Assembly: GCA_964016885.1 (NCBI GenBank)
Contig: CAXHJY010001663.1
Coordinates: 60,906-124,905 of the forward strand
Direction: 5' to 3'
Origin: Eledone cirrhosa
Taxonomy: Eukaryota
Length of the DNA stretch: 64,000 nucleotides
Under the pieces are notes generated by a model that ran no database searches, was not told the DNA's origin, and saw only the letters and a list, made by a program, of their open reading frames with translations. The position numbers and the translations under genes are program-made. Position 1 is the stretch's first letter, and every line of letters begins with the position of its first letter. Below, piece by piece: positions 30,286 through 42,846 of this stretch.

Positions 30286-32137
30286 TGAAGGACTGGCATA
30301 GCAGCATCATCGTTAACTGTTATAAGGGTAAAGGAGACGCCCTAGATAGGAGTAACTATAGAGGCATTAAATTAATCGACCAGGTCATGAAGGTCACGGA
30401 AAAAGTAATAGCGCAACTAATCAGGGAGAGAATTGACCTAGATGAAATGCAGTTCGGGTTTGTGTCAGGCAAAAGCACCACAGACGCTCTTTTCATAGTA
30501 CGACAACTACAGGAGAAGTACCTAGCTAAAGGTAAACCCCTCTACTTAGCTTTTGTCGACCTGGAGAAAGCCTTCGACAGAGTCCCCCGCTCCATTATCT
30601 GGTGGGCTCTTAGAAAACTAGGCGTTGACGAATGGCTTGTGAGGGCTATACAAGCCATGTATAAAGAAACAGTCAGCAAGGTTAGAATTAACAACGAATA
30701 TAGTGAAGAGTTTAGCGTAAAAGTTGGCGTCCATCAGGGCTCTGTTCTCAGCCCCCTACTATTTATTATTGCCCTTCAGGCTATAACAGAGGAGTTCAAG
30801 ACAGGCTGCCCATGGGAACTCCTATACGCAGACGACCTGACACTCATAGCGGAATCAATGGCCGAGCTAGAGAAGAAATTCCAAACATGGAAGCACGGCC
30901 TAGAGTCAAAAGGACTTAAAATTAACCTGGCTAAGACCAAAGTTCTAGTTTGTAGGAAAGAAAACAAGGCGGCGGTCCCTTCTGGGAAATGGTCGTGCTC
31001 GGTGTGTAGGAAAGGCGTAGGTAGAAACTCCATTTTATGTCCTAAATGCAAAGTATGGGTGCATAAAAGATGTAGTGGGATCACAGGTAATCTAACTAAG
31101 AACATAGATTTTACATGTGGCTGGTGCTCTGGTGTAATAAGTAGCAGCAAGTGCCCACAAAATACTAGCTCTTTCAATTGCGCGGAGGGTTCTATAGAAA
31201 TAGTGGACAGCTTCCGTTACCTGGGCGATAAAATCAGCAGTGGGGGAGGGTGCTCTGAAAGTACTGTAGCTAGAGTCAGAACTGGTTGGAAAAAGTTTAG
31301 AGAGCTTATACCACTATTAGCTGCTAAAGGGTTCTCCCTAAAAATGAAAGGCAGGTTGTACGATGCCTGCATACGAACAGCAATGTTGCATGGCAGTGAG
31401 ACCTGGGCATTGTGTGCAGAGGATATACGCAGACTAGAGAGGAACGAAGCTTGCATGCTCCGCTGGATGTGTAACAGTAATATACGTGAACGGCAAAGCA
31501 TAAACGAACTAAGGAAAAAATTAGAGATAAGAGGGATCAGATGTTGTTTACTCGAGAGAAGGCTACGTTGGTATGGACACGTGATGCGCATGAAAGTCGA
31601 TAGCTGTATAACAAAGTGCAGGGCAATAAAGATAGACGGTAGCCACGGAATAGGCAGACCTAGAAAAACCTGGGATGAGCTGATAAACTCCGACCCCACA
31701 CACTTACACCTCTCCAAGACAATGTCACTGGACCGAGACCTTTGGCGGTACTCAGTAACAGAGAAGACCCGCCTTGCCAGTAGGCATCTCTAACAAAATA
31801 CACCCCGTCCCGCCACCACCCCCACCCCATCTACACCACCCGTTCTATGTAAAGTTATGTTGGTGCTGCGCCATCCAGGCCGAAACAAATGAGATCGTGT
31901 AGGTGTCACGACAAAAAAACACACAGTCCACGCTGTAATGTGGCCGTGTAGGCAACACGGTAAAAATCTCCCAGACCCACACTGTAAATGTGGTTGGTGT
32001 TAGGAAGGGCATCCAACTGTAGAAAACCTGCCAGACAGTCCTATGCGAGCAAGACAATCACTCTTGCCTCAAGTGGGACTACCCCCGTCCAAACCCATGC
32101 AAGCGTGGAACACGGACGTTAAACGTTGGTGATGATG
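30286..32137 (+). mobile_element. RTE LINE family A, 5'-truncated, uninterrupted RT
   Basis: KDWHSS...NYRGIKL...YADD...KTRLASRHL*, 3' UTR. Confidence 0.95.
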
Positions 32138-32400
32138 TATATCTTTATATATATATATATATATATACATGTATATCTTTATATATACATGTATATCTTT
32201 ATATATATATATACATGTATATCTTTATATATATATATATACATGTATATCTTTATATATATATACACATGTATATCTTTATATATATATACACATGTAT
32301 ATCTTTATATATATATACACATGTATATCTTTATATATATATATATATAGACATCTATATCTTTATATATATACATGTATATCTTTATATATATGTATAT

Positions 32401-32484
<84 letters not shown>

Positions 32485-32487
<3 letters not shown>

Positions 32488-32816
32488 CACATGGCATAGG
32501 GGTTAGAGCATTGGCCTTGCAATCGAAAGGCTGTGAGTTCAATTATCAGACCGGGTGATGTGTTGTTTCCTAGAGCAAGACACTTTATTTCACATTGCTC
32601 CAGTTTACTCAGCTGTAGAAATGAGATGATAGGGACTGGGGTCCATATCATTCCACTGCAAAGTGGTCGTGGAGGTGCCACGGCAAAAAAGCAGCCAGCA
32701 CTCACTGTAAATGAGGTTCGTGTTAGGAAGGGCATCCAGCTGTAGAAATCAAGCCAGAATCAGTTCCTGTCCCACCCTTGCAAGCAGGGAAAAGTGGACG
32801 TAAAATGAAATGATGA
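32485..32816 (+). mobile_element. tRNA-derived CORE-SINE with RTE-derived 3' tail
   Basis: Homologous to 28534-28880 in the opposite orientation. Confidence 0.85.
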
Positions 32817-32874
32817 TATATATATACATGTATATATATATATATATATAGACATGTATATATATATATACATG

Positions 32875-32908
<34 letters not shown>

Positions 32909-33046
32909 AAAATACTGCAGGTAGCACATGGATAACATGTAATAAAATGAGTCCCTCATCAGTGATTTGCCGAAGATCATAGATATTTCAATGCAATGAA
33001 ATATCTATGATCTTCGGCAAATCACTGATGAGGGACTCATTTTATT

Positions 33047-33136
<90 letters not shown>

Positions 33137-33188
33137 ATATATATACATGTATATACATGTATATATATATACATGTATATATATATAC

Positions 33189-33236
<48 letters not shown>

Positions 33237-33320
33237 GTTATAGAATAAGGAAAAGCAAAGTAGTTTCATATATATATATATATATACATGTATATATATA
33301 TATACATGTATATATACATG

Positions 33321-33375
<55 letters not shown>

Positions 33376-33395
33376 GTGTATATATATATATATAT

Positions 33396-33440
<45 letters not shown>

Positions 33441-33560
33441 TATGTGTATATATATATATATGTGTATATATATATATATGTGTATATATATATATATATA
33501 TGTGTATATATAAATATATACATGTATATCTTTATATATATATATATACATGTATATCTT

Positions 33561-33591
<31 letters not shown>

Positions 33592-34518
33592 ATCTTTATA
33601 TATATATATACATGTATATCTTTATATATATATACATGTATATCTTTATATATATATATTATGTATATCTTTATATATATATACATGTATATCTTTATAT
33701 ATATACATGTATATCTTTATATATATATATATACATGTATATCTTTATATATATATAGACATCTATATCTTTATATATATATATAGACATGTATATCTTT
33801 ATATATATATACTTGTATATCTTTATATATATATACTTGTATATCTTTATATATATATATACATGTATATCTTTATATATATATATACATGTATATCTTT
33901 ATATATATATATACATGTATATCTTTATATATATATATACATGTATATCTTTATATATATATATACATGTATATCTTTATATATATATACATGTATATCT
34001 TTATATATATATACATGTATATCTTTATATATATATACATGTATATCTTTATATATATATATATATATACATGTATATCTTTATATATATATATATACAT
34101 GTATATCTTTATATATATATATACATGTATATCTTTATATATATACATGTATATCTTTATATATATACATGTATATCTTTATATATATATATATATACAT
34201 GTATATCTTTATATATATACATGTATATCTTTATATATATATACATGTATATCTTTATATATATATACATGTATGTCTTTATATATATATATACATGTAT
34301 GTCTTTATATATATATATACATCTATATCTTTATATATATACATGTATATCTTTATATATATATAGACATCTATATCTTTATATATATACATGTATATCT
34401 TTATATATATATATAAACGGTGATGATGATGATGATATATACATGTATATCTTTATATATATATATATATAGACATGTATATCTTTATATATATACATGT
34501 ATATCTTTATATATATAT

Positions 34519-35370
34519 AACCCTGATTCCGTCAGGGAAATGGCCATGTTCGATATGCAGAAAAGGAACTGGCATAAGTTCTATAATATGCACACAATGC
34601 AGATCCTGGGTACACAAGAGATGTAGCGGGATAGTAGGCAAACTAACAGGTAGGGAGAAATATGTATGCAGTAGATGTACAGGGAAATTATACAGTAGAA
34701 GTCACATTGATAGACACATTTTTCAAATGCAGGAGGGCGCTATAGAAGTGGTGGATAACTTCCGGTACCTAGGAGATCAGATTAGCATGGAAGGTGGGTG
34801 TTCCGAGGTCATAGTATCTAGAAAAGGACGGGTTGGAAGAAGTTTTGGGAGCTGCTTCCTCTGTTGACGAAGAAGGGTTTCTCCCTGCGTACGAAAGGCC
34901 GGTTGTATGATGACTGTGTGAGGAGCGCGATGCTGCATGGTAGTGAGACATGGGCAGCAACTGCAGAGGATATGCGATGGCTGGAGAGAAATGAGGCAAG
35001 CATGCTCCGTTGGATGTGTAGTGTAAATGTGCGTGAACGACCCAGCATAAATGTGTTGAGAGAGAAACTGTGTCTAAGAGGGATAGAATGTAGTGCACGG
35101 GAGAGGACACTGAGGTGGTATGGACATGTGATGCGCATGGAGGATGACCGATGGGTGAAGAAGTGCCAGGAAATGCCAGTTGAAGGAAGACGTGGTAGAG
35201 GTAGACCACGAAAAACATGGGCGGAGGTGGTGAGAACAGACCTCAGATCATTGAAGCTCACGGTGGAGATGACGAAGGACCGTGACGAGTGGAGAGATGC
35301 TGTGCTGAATAAGACCCGTCCCATCCTTGCAAGCAGGGAAAAGCGGACGTAAAATGATGATGATGATGAT
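34519..35370 (+). mobile_element. RTE LINE family B, 5'-truncated
   Basis: [10 protein letters not shown]...YLGD...[13 protein letters not shown] and (GAT)n tail. Confidence 0.92.
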
Positions 35371-35590
35371 ATATATATATATGTATATCTTTATATATAT
35401 ATATATAAAGATATACATATATATATATATGTATATCTTTATATATATATATATGTATATCTTTATATATATATGTATATCTTTATATATATATATATAT
35501 GTATATCTTTATATATGTATATCTTTATATATATATATATATCTTTATATATATGTATATCTTTATATATATATATAATATATATATATG

Positions 35591-37126
35591 AAAAGTTGGT
35601 GTCCATCAGGGCTCTGTTCTTAGCCCCTACTATTTATTATTGCTCTTCAGGCTATAACAGAGGAGTTCAAGACTGGCTGCCCATGGGAACTCCTGTACGC
35701 AGATGATCTAACGAGCTAGAGAAGAAATTCCAAACATGGAAGCATGGCCTAGAATCAAAAGGCCTTAAAATTAACCTGGCTAAGACTAAAGTTCTAGTTT
35801 GTAGGAAAGAAAATAAGGCGGCGGTCCCTTCCTGGAAATGGCCATGCTCAGTGTGTAGGAAAGGCGTAGGTAGAAACTCCATTTTATGTCCCAAATGCAA
35901 AGTATGGGTGCATAAAAGATGTAGTGGGATCACAGGTAATCTAACTAAGAACATAGATTTTACATGTGGCTGGTGCTCTGGTGCAATAAGTAGCAGCAAG
36001 TGCCCACAAAATACTAGCTCTTTCAATTGCGCAGAGGGTTCTATAGAAATAGTGGACAGCTTCCGTTACCTGGGTGACATAATCAGCAGTGGGGGAGGGT
36101 GCTCTGAAAGTACAGTAGCTTGAGTCAGAACTGGATGGAAAAAGTTCAGAGAGCTTATACAACTATTAGCCGCTAAAGGGTTCTCCCTAAAAATGAAAGG
36201 CAGGTTGTATGATGCCTGCATACGAACAGCAATGTTGCATGGCAGTGAGACCTGGGCATTGTGTGCAGAGGATATATGCAGACTAGAGAGGAACGAAGCT
36301 TGCATGCTCCGCTGGATGTGTAATAGTAATATACGTGAATGGCAAAGCATAAACGAACTAAGGAAAAAATTAGAAATAAGAGGGATCAGATGTTGTTTAC
36401 TCGAGAGAAGGCTACGTTGGTATGGTCACGTGATGCGCATGAAAGACGACAGCTGTATAACAAAGTGCAGGGCAATAAAGATAGACGGTAGCCACGGAGT
36501 AGGCAGACCCAGAAAAACCTGGGACGACTTGATAAATTCCGACCTCACACGCTTACACCTCTCCAAGACAATGTCACTGGACCGAGACCTTTGGCGGTAC
36601 TCAGTAATAGAGAAGACCCGCCTTACCTAAATACAAAGTAAAACCTACTACAGTCAGTAGGCATCTCTAACAAAATACACGCCCGTCCCACCACCCCCAC
36701 CCCAACCATACCGCCGCTTTCAATGTAAAGTTATGTTGGTGCCACAACATCCAGGCCGAAACAAATGAGATCGTGTAGGTGTCACGACAAAAAAACACAG
36801 TCCACGCTGTAATGTGGCCATGTAGGCAACACGGTAAAAACCTCCCAGCCCCACACTGTAAATGTGGTTGGTGTTAGGAAGGGCATCCAGCTGTAGAAAA
36901 CCCGCCAGACAGTCCACGCTGTAATGTGGCCGTGTAGGCAACACGGTAAAAACCTCCCAGCCCCACAGTGTAAATGTGGTTGGTGTTAGGAAGGCCATCC
37001 AGCTGTAGAAAACCCGCCAGACAGTCCTATGCGAGCAAGACAATCACTCTTGCCTCAAGTGGGAAACCCCCCCGTCCAAACCCATGCAAGCGTGGAACAC
37101 GGACGTTAAACGTTGATGATGATGAT
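35591..37126 (+). mobile_element. RTE LINE family A, older variant with stop, deletion and duplicated 3' UTR segment
   Basis: RT 3' half; ~111-nt tandem duplication at 36797-37025. Confidence 0.92.
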
Positions 37127-37135
37127 GTGTGTGTA

Positions 37136-38320
37136 TCTATATATATAAATATATATATATCATTATCTATAAAAGGCAGGTTGTTGTTGTTGTTGTGTGT
37201 GTGTGCACATGTTCCATGTTTATACATTTGCACAATTTCAAACAGATTCGACTCAAAGTCTGTGAGAATGTTGTAAATGGTCTAACTTAGGTCAACAACT
37301 ATTTATTCCATTCAAACTCACCCACAATTATCGAAATAATCGATAAAACTAAATACATGACGCTTTACCTCTCTCTATTCTTCTTCAAATTCGATAAAAC
37401 TACATACATGCTTACAAACTTCCTGTAGGAACGCCGAAGAGAGTGAGAGAGAGAGAGAGAACGTTTGTTTTTGAGTGTGGAATGGTCAAACATTTATTTA
37501 CTTCAATGACAAAGAGAACTTAACTCTCCCCCATACCACACCCCTCCCTACTGTCTTAAATTTAGAAAACATATCCTCTATGAGGTCACTAAACCTGCTA
37601 GAAACAGCAGCTAACTCTCCCCCATATCACACCACTCCCTACTGTCTTAAATTTAGAAAACATATATCCTCTATGAAGTCACTAAACCTGCTAGAAACAA
37701 CAGCTAACTCTCCCCCATATCACACCCCTCCCTACTGTCTTAAATTTAGAAAACATATCCTCTATGAGGTCACTAAACCTGCTAGAAACAGCAGCTAACT
37801 CTCCCCAATATCACACCACTCCCTACTGTCTTAAATTTAGAAAACATCCTCTATGAGGTCACTAAATCTGCTAGAAACAGCAGCTAACTCTCCCCAATAT
37901 CACACCACTCCCTACTGTCTTAAATTTAAAAAACACATATCCTCTATGAGGTCACTAAACCTGCTAGAAACAACAGCTAACTCTCCCCCATATCACACCC
38001 CTCCCTACTGTCTTAAATTTAGAAAACACACATTAGACAACCATGCAGAACAACTCCATCGCAGCTCTGTTGTTCGGCTGGCATCGTCTACGCGTTGCGC
38101 AAGTACTGTGAAACAATAAATTTCAACACTTCTACACAGAGATAATATCCATAGGCGAAACTACAATTGTCACTGCTGGTGCAGCTCCTGCTTCGGCAGT
38201 CCGGGTCTGCAATTCATTCACCCAGTGCCTGGCAGACAAAAACGTGCTGCCATAAATTGGGTGGTGCAACCTAACTTTGGTAACTTACTGACCCCAAGCA
38301 ACGCTGGGCTTTAATGCTAG
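37136..38320 (+). mobile_element. Probable non-autonomous Helitron containing a minisatellite
   Basis: A|TC 5' start (TCTATA...AAAGGC), subterminal hairpin CCCAAGCAACGCTGGG, CTAG|T 3' end. Confidence 0.6.
37520..38030 (+). repeat. ~90-bp minisatellite, about 5.6 copies
   Basis: Unit TAACTCTCCCCCATATCACACC...TAGAAACAGCAGC. Confidence 0.93.
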
Positions 38321-38348
38321 TAATATATATAAATATATATGTGTATAA

Positions 38349-38384
<36 letters not shown>

Positions 38385-38624
38385 ATGTGTGTGTATATAA
38401 ATATATGTATATGTGTATATAAATATATGTATATGTGTATATATATATATGTGTGTATATAAATATATATGTGTGTGTATATAAATATGTGTGTATATAA
38501 ATATATATATATGTCATCATCATCGTATATATATATATATATATATATGTATATGTACTGCAAATAGCAGCCACTCAATAATAATTGTTTTTGAAAATTT
38601 GGACGTGTACAACAATTATTATTA

Positions 38625-38657
<33 letters not shown>

Positions 38658-38692
38658 GCCTGAATATATATATATATATATATATATATGCC

Positions 38693-38859
<167 letters not shown>

Positions 38860-39562
38860 GTGTATATATATATGTATATATATATATGTGTATATATATA
38901 TATGTGTGTGTATATAAATATGTATATGTGTATATATATATATAAATGTATATGTGTTTGAAAAGGGAAGTAAGGTTATATAGAAAATAGTGGTTATAGA
39001 AAAACGGTGAGATTGGAAATAGCACTGAAAAAAAATTTAAGGGTCTGTTTTCCTTTTTTCCCCCCTTTTTCTTTGATTCGTGAAAGTGGCATTATTGAAA
39101 AAATGTTGGGAAGGAGATTGGAGACAGTCTCCTCCACAAGGAAGATGCAAAAACTATCCTGAACACTTGATTTTAAATGTTTATCTTTTAGTTTTAAATC
39201 TTTAATTTTTAATCCTTATTAATTCTTTTTAATTGTAATACTCAACATTTGATAAGATGAATTTTACTTTATATACATTATAAGATTATAAGATGAATTA
39301 TACTTTATATACATTATAAAACTTTTTTATTAAAAGAATTGTTGCTCTCATTTTTTCAATAATGACTCTTTGACAAATTAAAGAAAAACAGACCCTTAAA
39401 TATATTTTGAGTACTATTTCCAATCTCACTTTTTCTCTATGTATGTATGTATGTATATATATATATATATGTATTATATGTATATGTCTATATATATGTA
39501 TATGCGTCTCTCTCTCTCTTTCTCTCTCTCTCTTTCTCTCTCTCTCTTTCTCTCTCTCTCTT

Positions 39563-39601
<39 letters not shown>

Positions 39602-40269
39602 ACATACACACACACATACACAAATATAAATTTAGCGAGAATCGCATTTTGGCGGGTAGAAATTAGCGAAACGCAACTTCCATATTGTGCAGACAAGTGC
39701 TCCATGGATATGAAGAAGATACCAGAGCTATAAACATAAGTTAAAAAGGTCATACCCGCTGAGACGATGGTTAAGAAGCCATTAACCACCATAGCCAAAA
39801 AAAGCGAACAAGCTAAACGAGTCAAACAAAATGAGGTATGATTGAAATAGTTACCCTGGAATACTCCGAAATTGGGTTTCTGCAACACCTAAATCAATAA
39901 TACTGTCTGCTTATAAAAAATAAGCTTTTGGTATAATGATCGAACAAAGCATCGCTTTCTCAACAGGTTTTTGTTCTTGCGCCAGAATCTCGCAGGTTAT
40001 GAAAGCATATGTGAGATTCTAAGGGGAGAAAACCCCTATTTCAGCATGTGTAGTTATTGCAAAAATTTGCAAAAACTGCACAAAACGAATTGAGCTCTCG
40101 ATCGAGTTGTTTTTAAAATAAACTTAAGCGATTAATCAGTCAATAGAATTAGCTAAAAAGCCAAAAAAAATTAACTGGTTAATCGCTTGACTTGGGAGAT
40201 TAATACAAATATAAATTTAGCGAGAATCGCATTTCGGCTGGTAGAAATTAGTGAAACCGCAACTTCCAT

Positions 40270-40323
<54 letters not shown>

Positions 40324-40589
40324 AATGTGTGTATATATATGTGTGTGTGTGTGTGTTTTTCGCAAATGAAAAGAAAATTTTGGGGTTGGCTGCATCTCAA
40401 TGGCCCATCTCTTCTAGCTGTTCTTTGGTTATTGATGATGGTCTTGATACATTTTTGGAGATTATATTTTTTCAATTCGAGCAGTGCATTATCAGTCGAA
40501 TGGGTGTGTTGGTGTTGGCAGTATTTTAGTTTGTTTATTTATTTTAATTTTTTTTATTTTTGGAGGTTGGCTGCGTTTAACTTTCGGCT

Positions 40590-41100
40590 GATGGGATCTC
40601 AGGTTATAGAGAACCATGTTGTGGTCTGAAAGAAGGGTTTTCTCCACTGTAATGTTATGTATAGTATTAATGTAGTTACTAAACACTAGGTCCAAAATAT
40701 TTTTCTGATATCTTGTTGATGCAAGAAAAGGTTGAGACAGGAAAAGCTCATCCATAAAGTTGAGAAGTGACACTACTGCTGCCTTGTCAGCAGTTGCGGT
40801 GGAAGTCCCTGGTTTCAAACTGTTTGTAGACCAATCAACACAGGATAGATTGAAGTCTCCCATTATTAGTATTTTATCAGAATGGCACTGTTGTATAACA
40901 CACTTAATGCTGTTGAGGCATTCTTTGAAGCACAGTATGATGTGTTTTGGGTGGCTTATAGAGCCCAACTATTATCAAATCATTGGCTTTGTTGTGCACA
41001 GTGACTGATTCACTGTAGCCATTGGAGAATATCATGTAGACATAGTCACTCGATTTGGGAAGTTCGACAGATTTTAGGATTCCAGGTTACGTTTGATTTA
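40590..41100 (-). mobile_element. CR1-group LINE endonuclease fragment
   Basis: ILIMGDFNL...ILDLVF...LSDH. Confidence 0.75.
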
Positions 41101-41968
41101 GTATTTGGTGGTAGTGATGTTATTATGGGTTGTGCACTTTGGCTTTAGCTGGTAGTGTTCATATGAATTGTGCATCTTATTCCAGGGAGATGCGTAAAGA
41201 TGCAGTCACTGCATGTGCAGAGCCTCTGGTGAAATGAAAACCAGCATATTTGTGCTTCATACATTTTGATAGATTTTTAGTAGTACTGTTGGAATGAGGT
41301 GGAGATGTAGAGGAAGAAAGCAGTGGTTTATTATTAGTTGAGGTGGTAGAAATTTTAATAGTAGTAGCAGTAGAAGATGATGATGATAATTGTGGTTGCT
41401 GTGGTTGGTTTCTTAACCTATTAAGTGAATGTGGTGAATGGGAATCTGAATGTGAAAAACTGGTGACTTGGAAAGGAATGACTTGGACTGCTATGTATTT
41501 TGAATGGAACAGACGTAGTTGAAGATAAAACAAAGCCTTTTACATTCAATAGATACATAAAAAAATGGAAAGAATTGAGTTAAACTGGTAGGCTTTATAA
41601 GATACATGAAATGAGAAAGTGGGGATGTGAGAGCATGGGTAATAGAGAGAGAGAGAGACATAGGTGGGGGAATTCCTATCTAAAATAATCTACATATTGT
41701 GGTTTGGTATTGTATTAGAACTAAAGTTAGAAACAATTAGGCTTTTTACACATGGGCAGATTGTAAATGCCACAGGCATAGGTACTGATTGTACAGGGGC
41801 TATTAAAGGTATGCTCAAAGGCCATTTGAAGATAAATAAAACAAGACAGAAAAAAAACATATGCCTAAATTACATGTATTACATTTATAAATAGATGGAT
41901 CAGAAAACAAAAAATAATGTCTTGGAGTACTATGTATATATATATATATATTGTTTTATTTGTTTCAG

Positions 41969-42105
41969 GTGGATATGATGGCCATGATTTCCTCTCATCT
42001 GTGGAATATTATGATCCAGATACTAACTGTTGGTCTATTGTGACAAACATGACATGTGGACGTAGTGGTCATGGGGTAGCTGTTGGAACTGAGCCGTGTT
42101 CCTGA
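41969..42105 (+). CDS. KEAP1: Keap1 last coding exon (Kelch 6, C-terminus, stop)
   Basis: TTTCAG acceptor in matching phase; [22 protein letters not shown]...[14 protein letters not shown]. The five exons total 1770 nt = 589 aa + stop. Confidence 0.95.
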
Positions 42106-42529
42106 CCCATGCCATCCGCCCCACAGAAAAGAAAAGAGGGCATCCCCACCATCAAAATAATGACTGCTGAATAGATTATAGTTTGCAAAATGTATTATCA
42201 GAGAGCCATAAAGTAAAACAACAAGAAACATTCTGTTATATCTGCTGTCTGTTATAGGAACATTTAGAACTTCCATTCCTGCTGAACAAACAGTACTACA
42301 GCCATGTCCACATTAATTAATTATATATATACATAAACACACACACACACATATTTGCATACATATACATACATGCATTACAAAGACAAAATGTGCTGCT
42401 GAGAATCGAACTCATGATCTGAACACCCTAACTACTAAGCCACATGCCTTTGCATGTATATGTATGTGTGTGTGTGTGTGTGTGTGTGTATATGCACACA
42501 CACACACACACATACATACATACATACAA

Positions 42530-42846
42530 AAGGCATGTGGCTTAAGGTTTAGAGAGGTGGATTAGCTATCATGAGGTTGTGAGTTTGATTCCTGAACCAG
42601 GCAATGCATTGTCTCCTTCAGCAAGACATTTTATTTCACATTGCTCCAGTTCACTCAGTAGAAATGAGTTGCAACGTCACTGGTGCCAAGTTGTATCGGC
42701 CTTTCCCTTGGACAACATTGGTCGCATGGAGAGGGGAGATTGGTTTGCATGGGTGACTGCTGTTCTTCCTCAAAAACACCTTGCCTGGTCATGTGCCTCA
42801 GAGTGGCACTTTCTAGGTGCAAAACCCAGGGTCATTCCTGACTGAT
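42530..42846 (+). mobile_element. Older tRNA-derived CORE-SINE with a different tail
   Basis: tRNA-like head plus GCAAGACATTTTATTTCACATTGCTCCAGTTCACTCAG core. Confidence 0.75.

Larger units (their letters stand above)
26891..35590. repeat. Interrupted array of TACATGTATATCTTTA(TA)n units hosting many insertions
   Basis: The same unit resumes between each inserted element. Confidence 0.9.

Noticed and set aside
37520-38030. 90-bp repeats as CRISPR-like array or tandem HHR
   Set aside because: No unique spacers, eukaryotic context, and no CUGANGA core; an ordinary minisatellite
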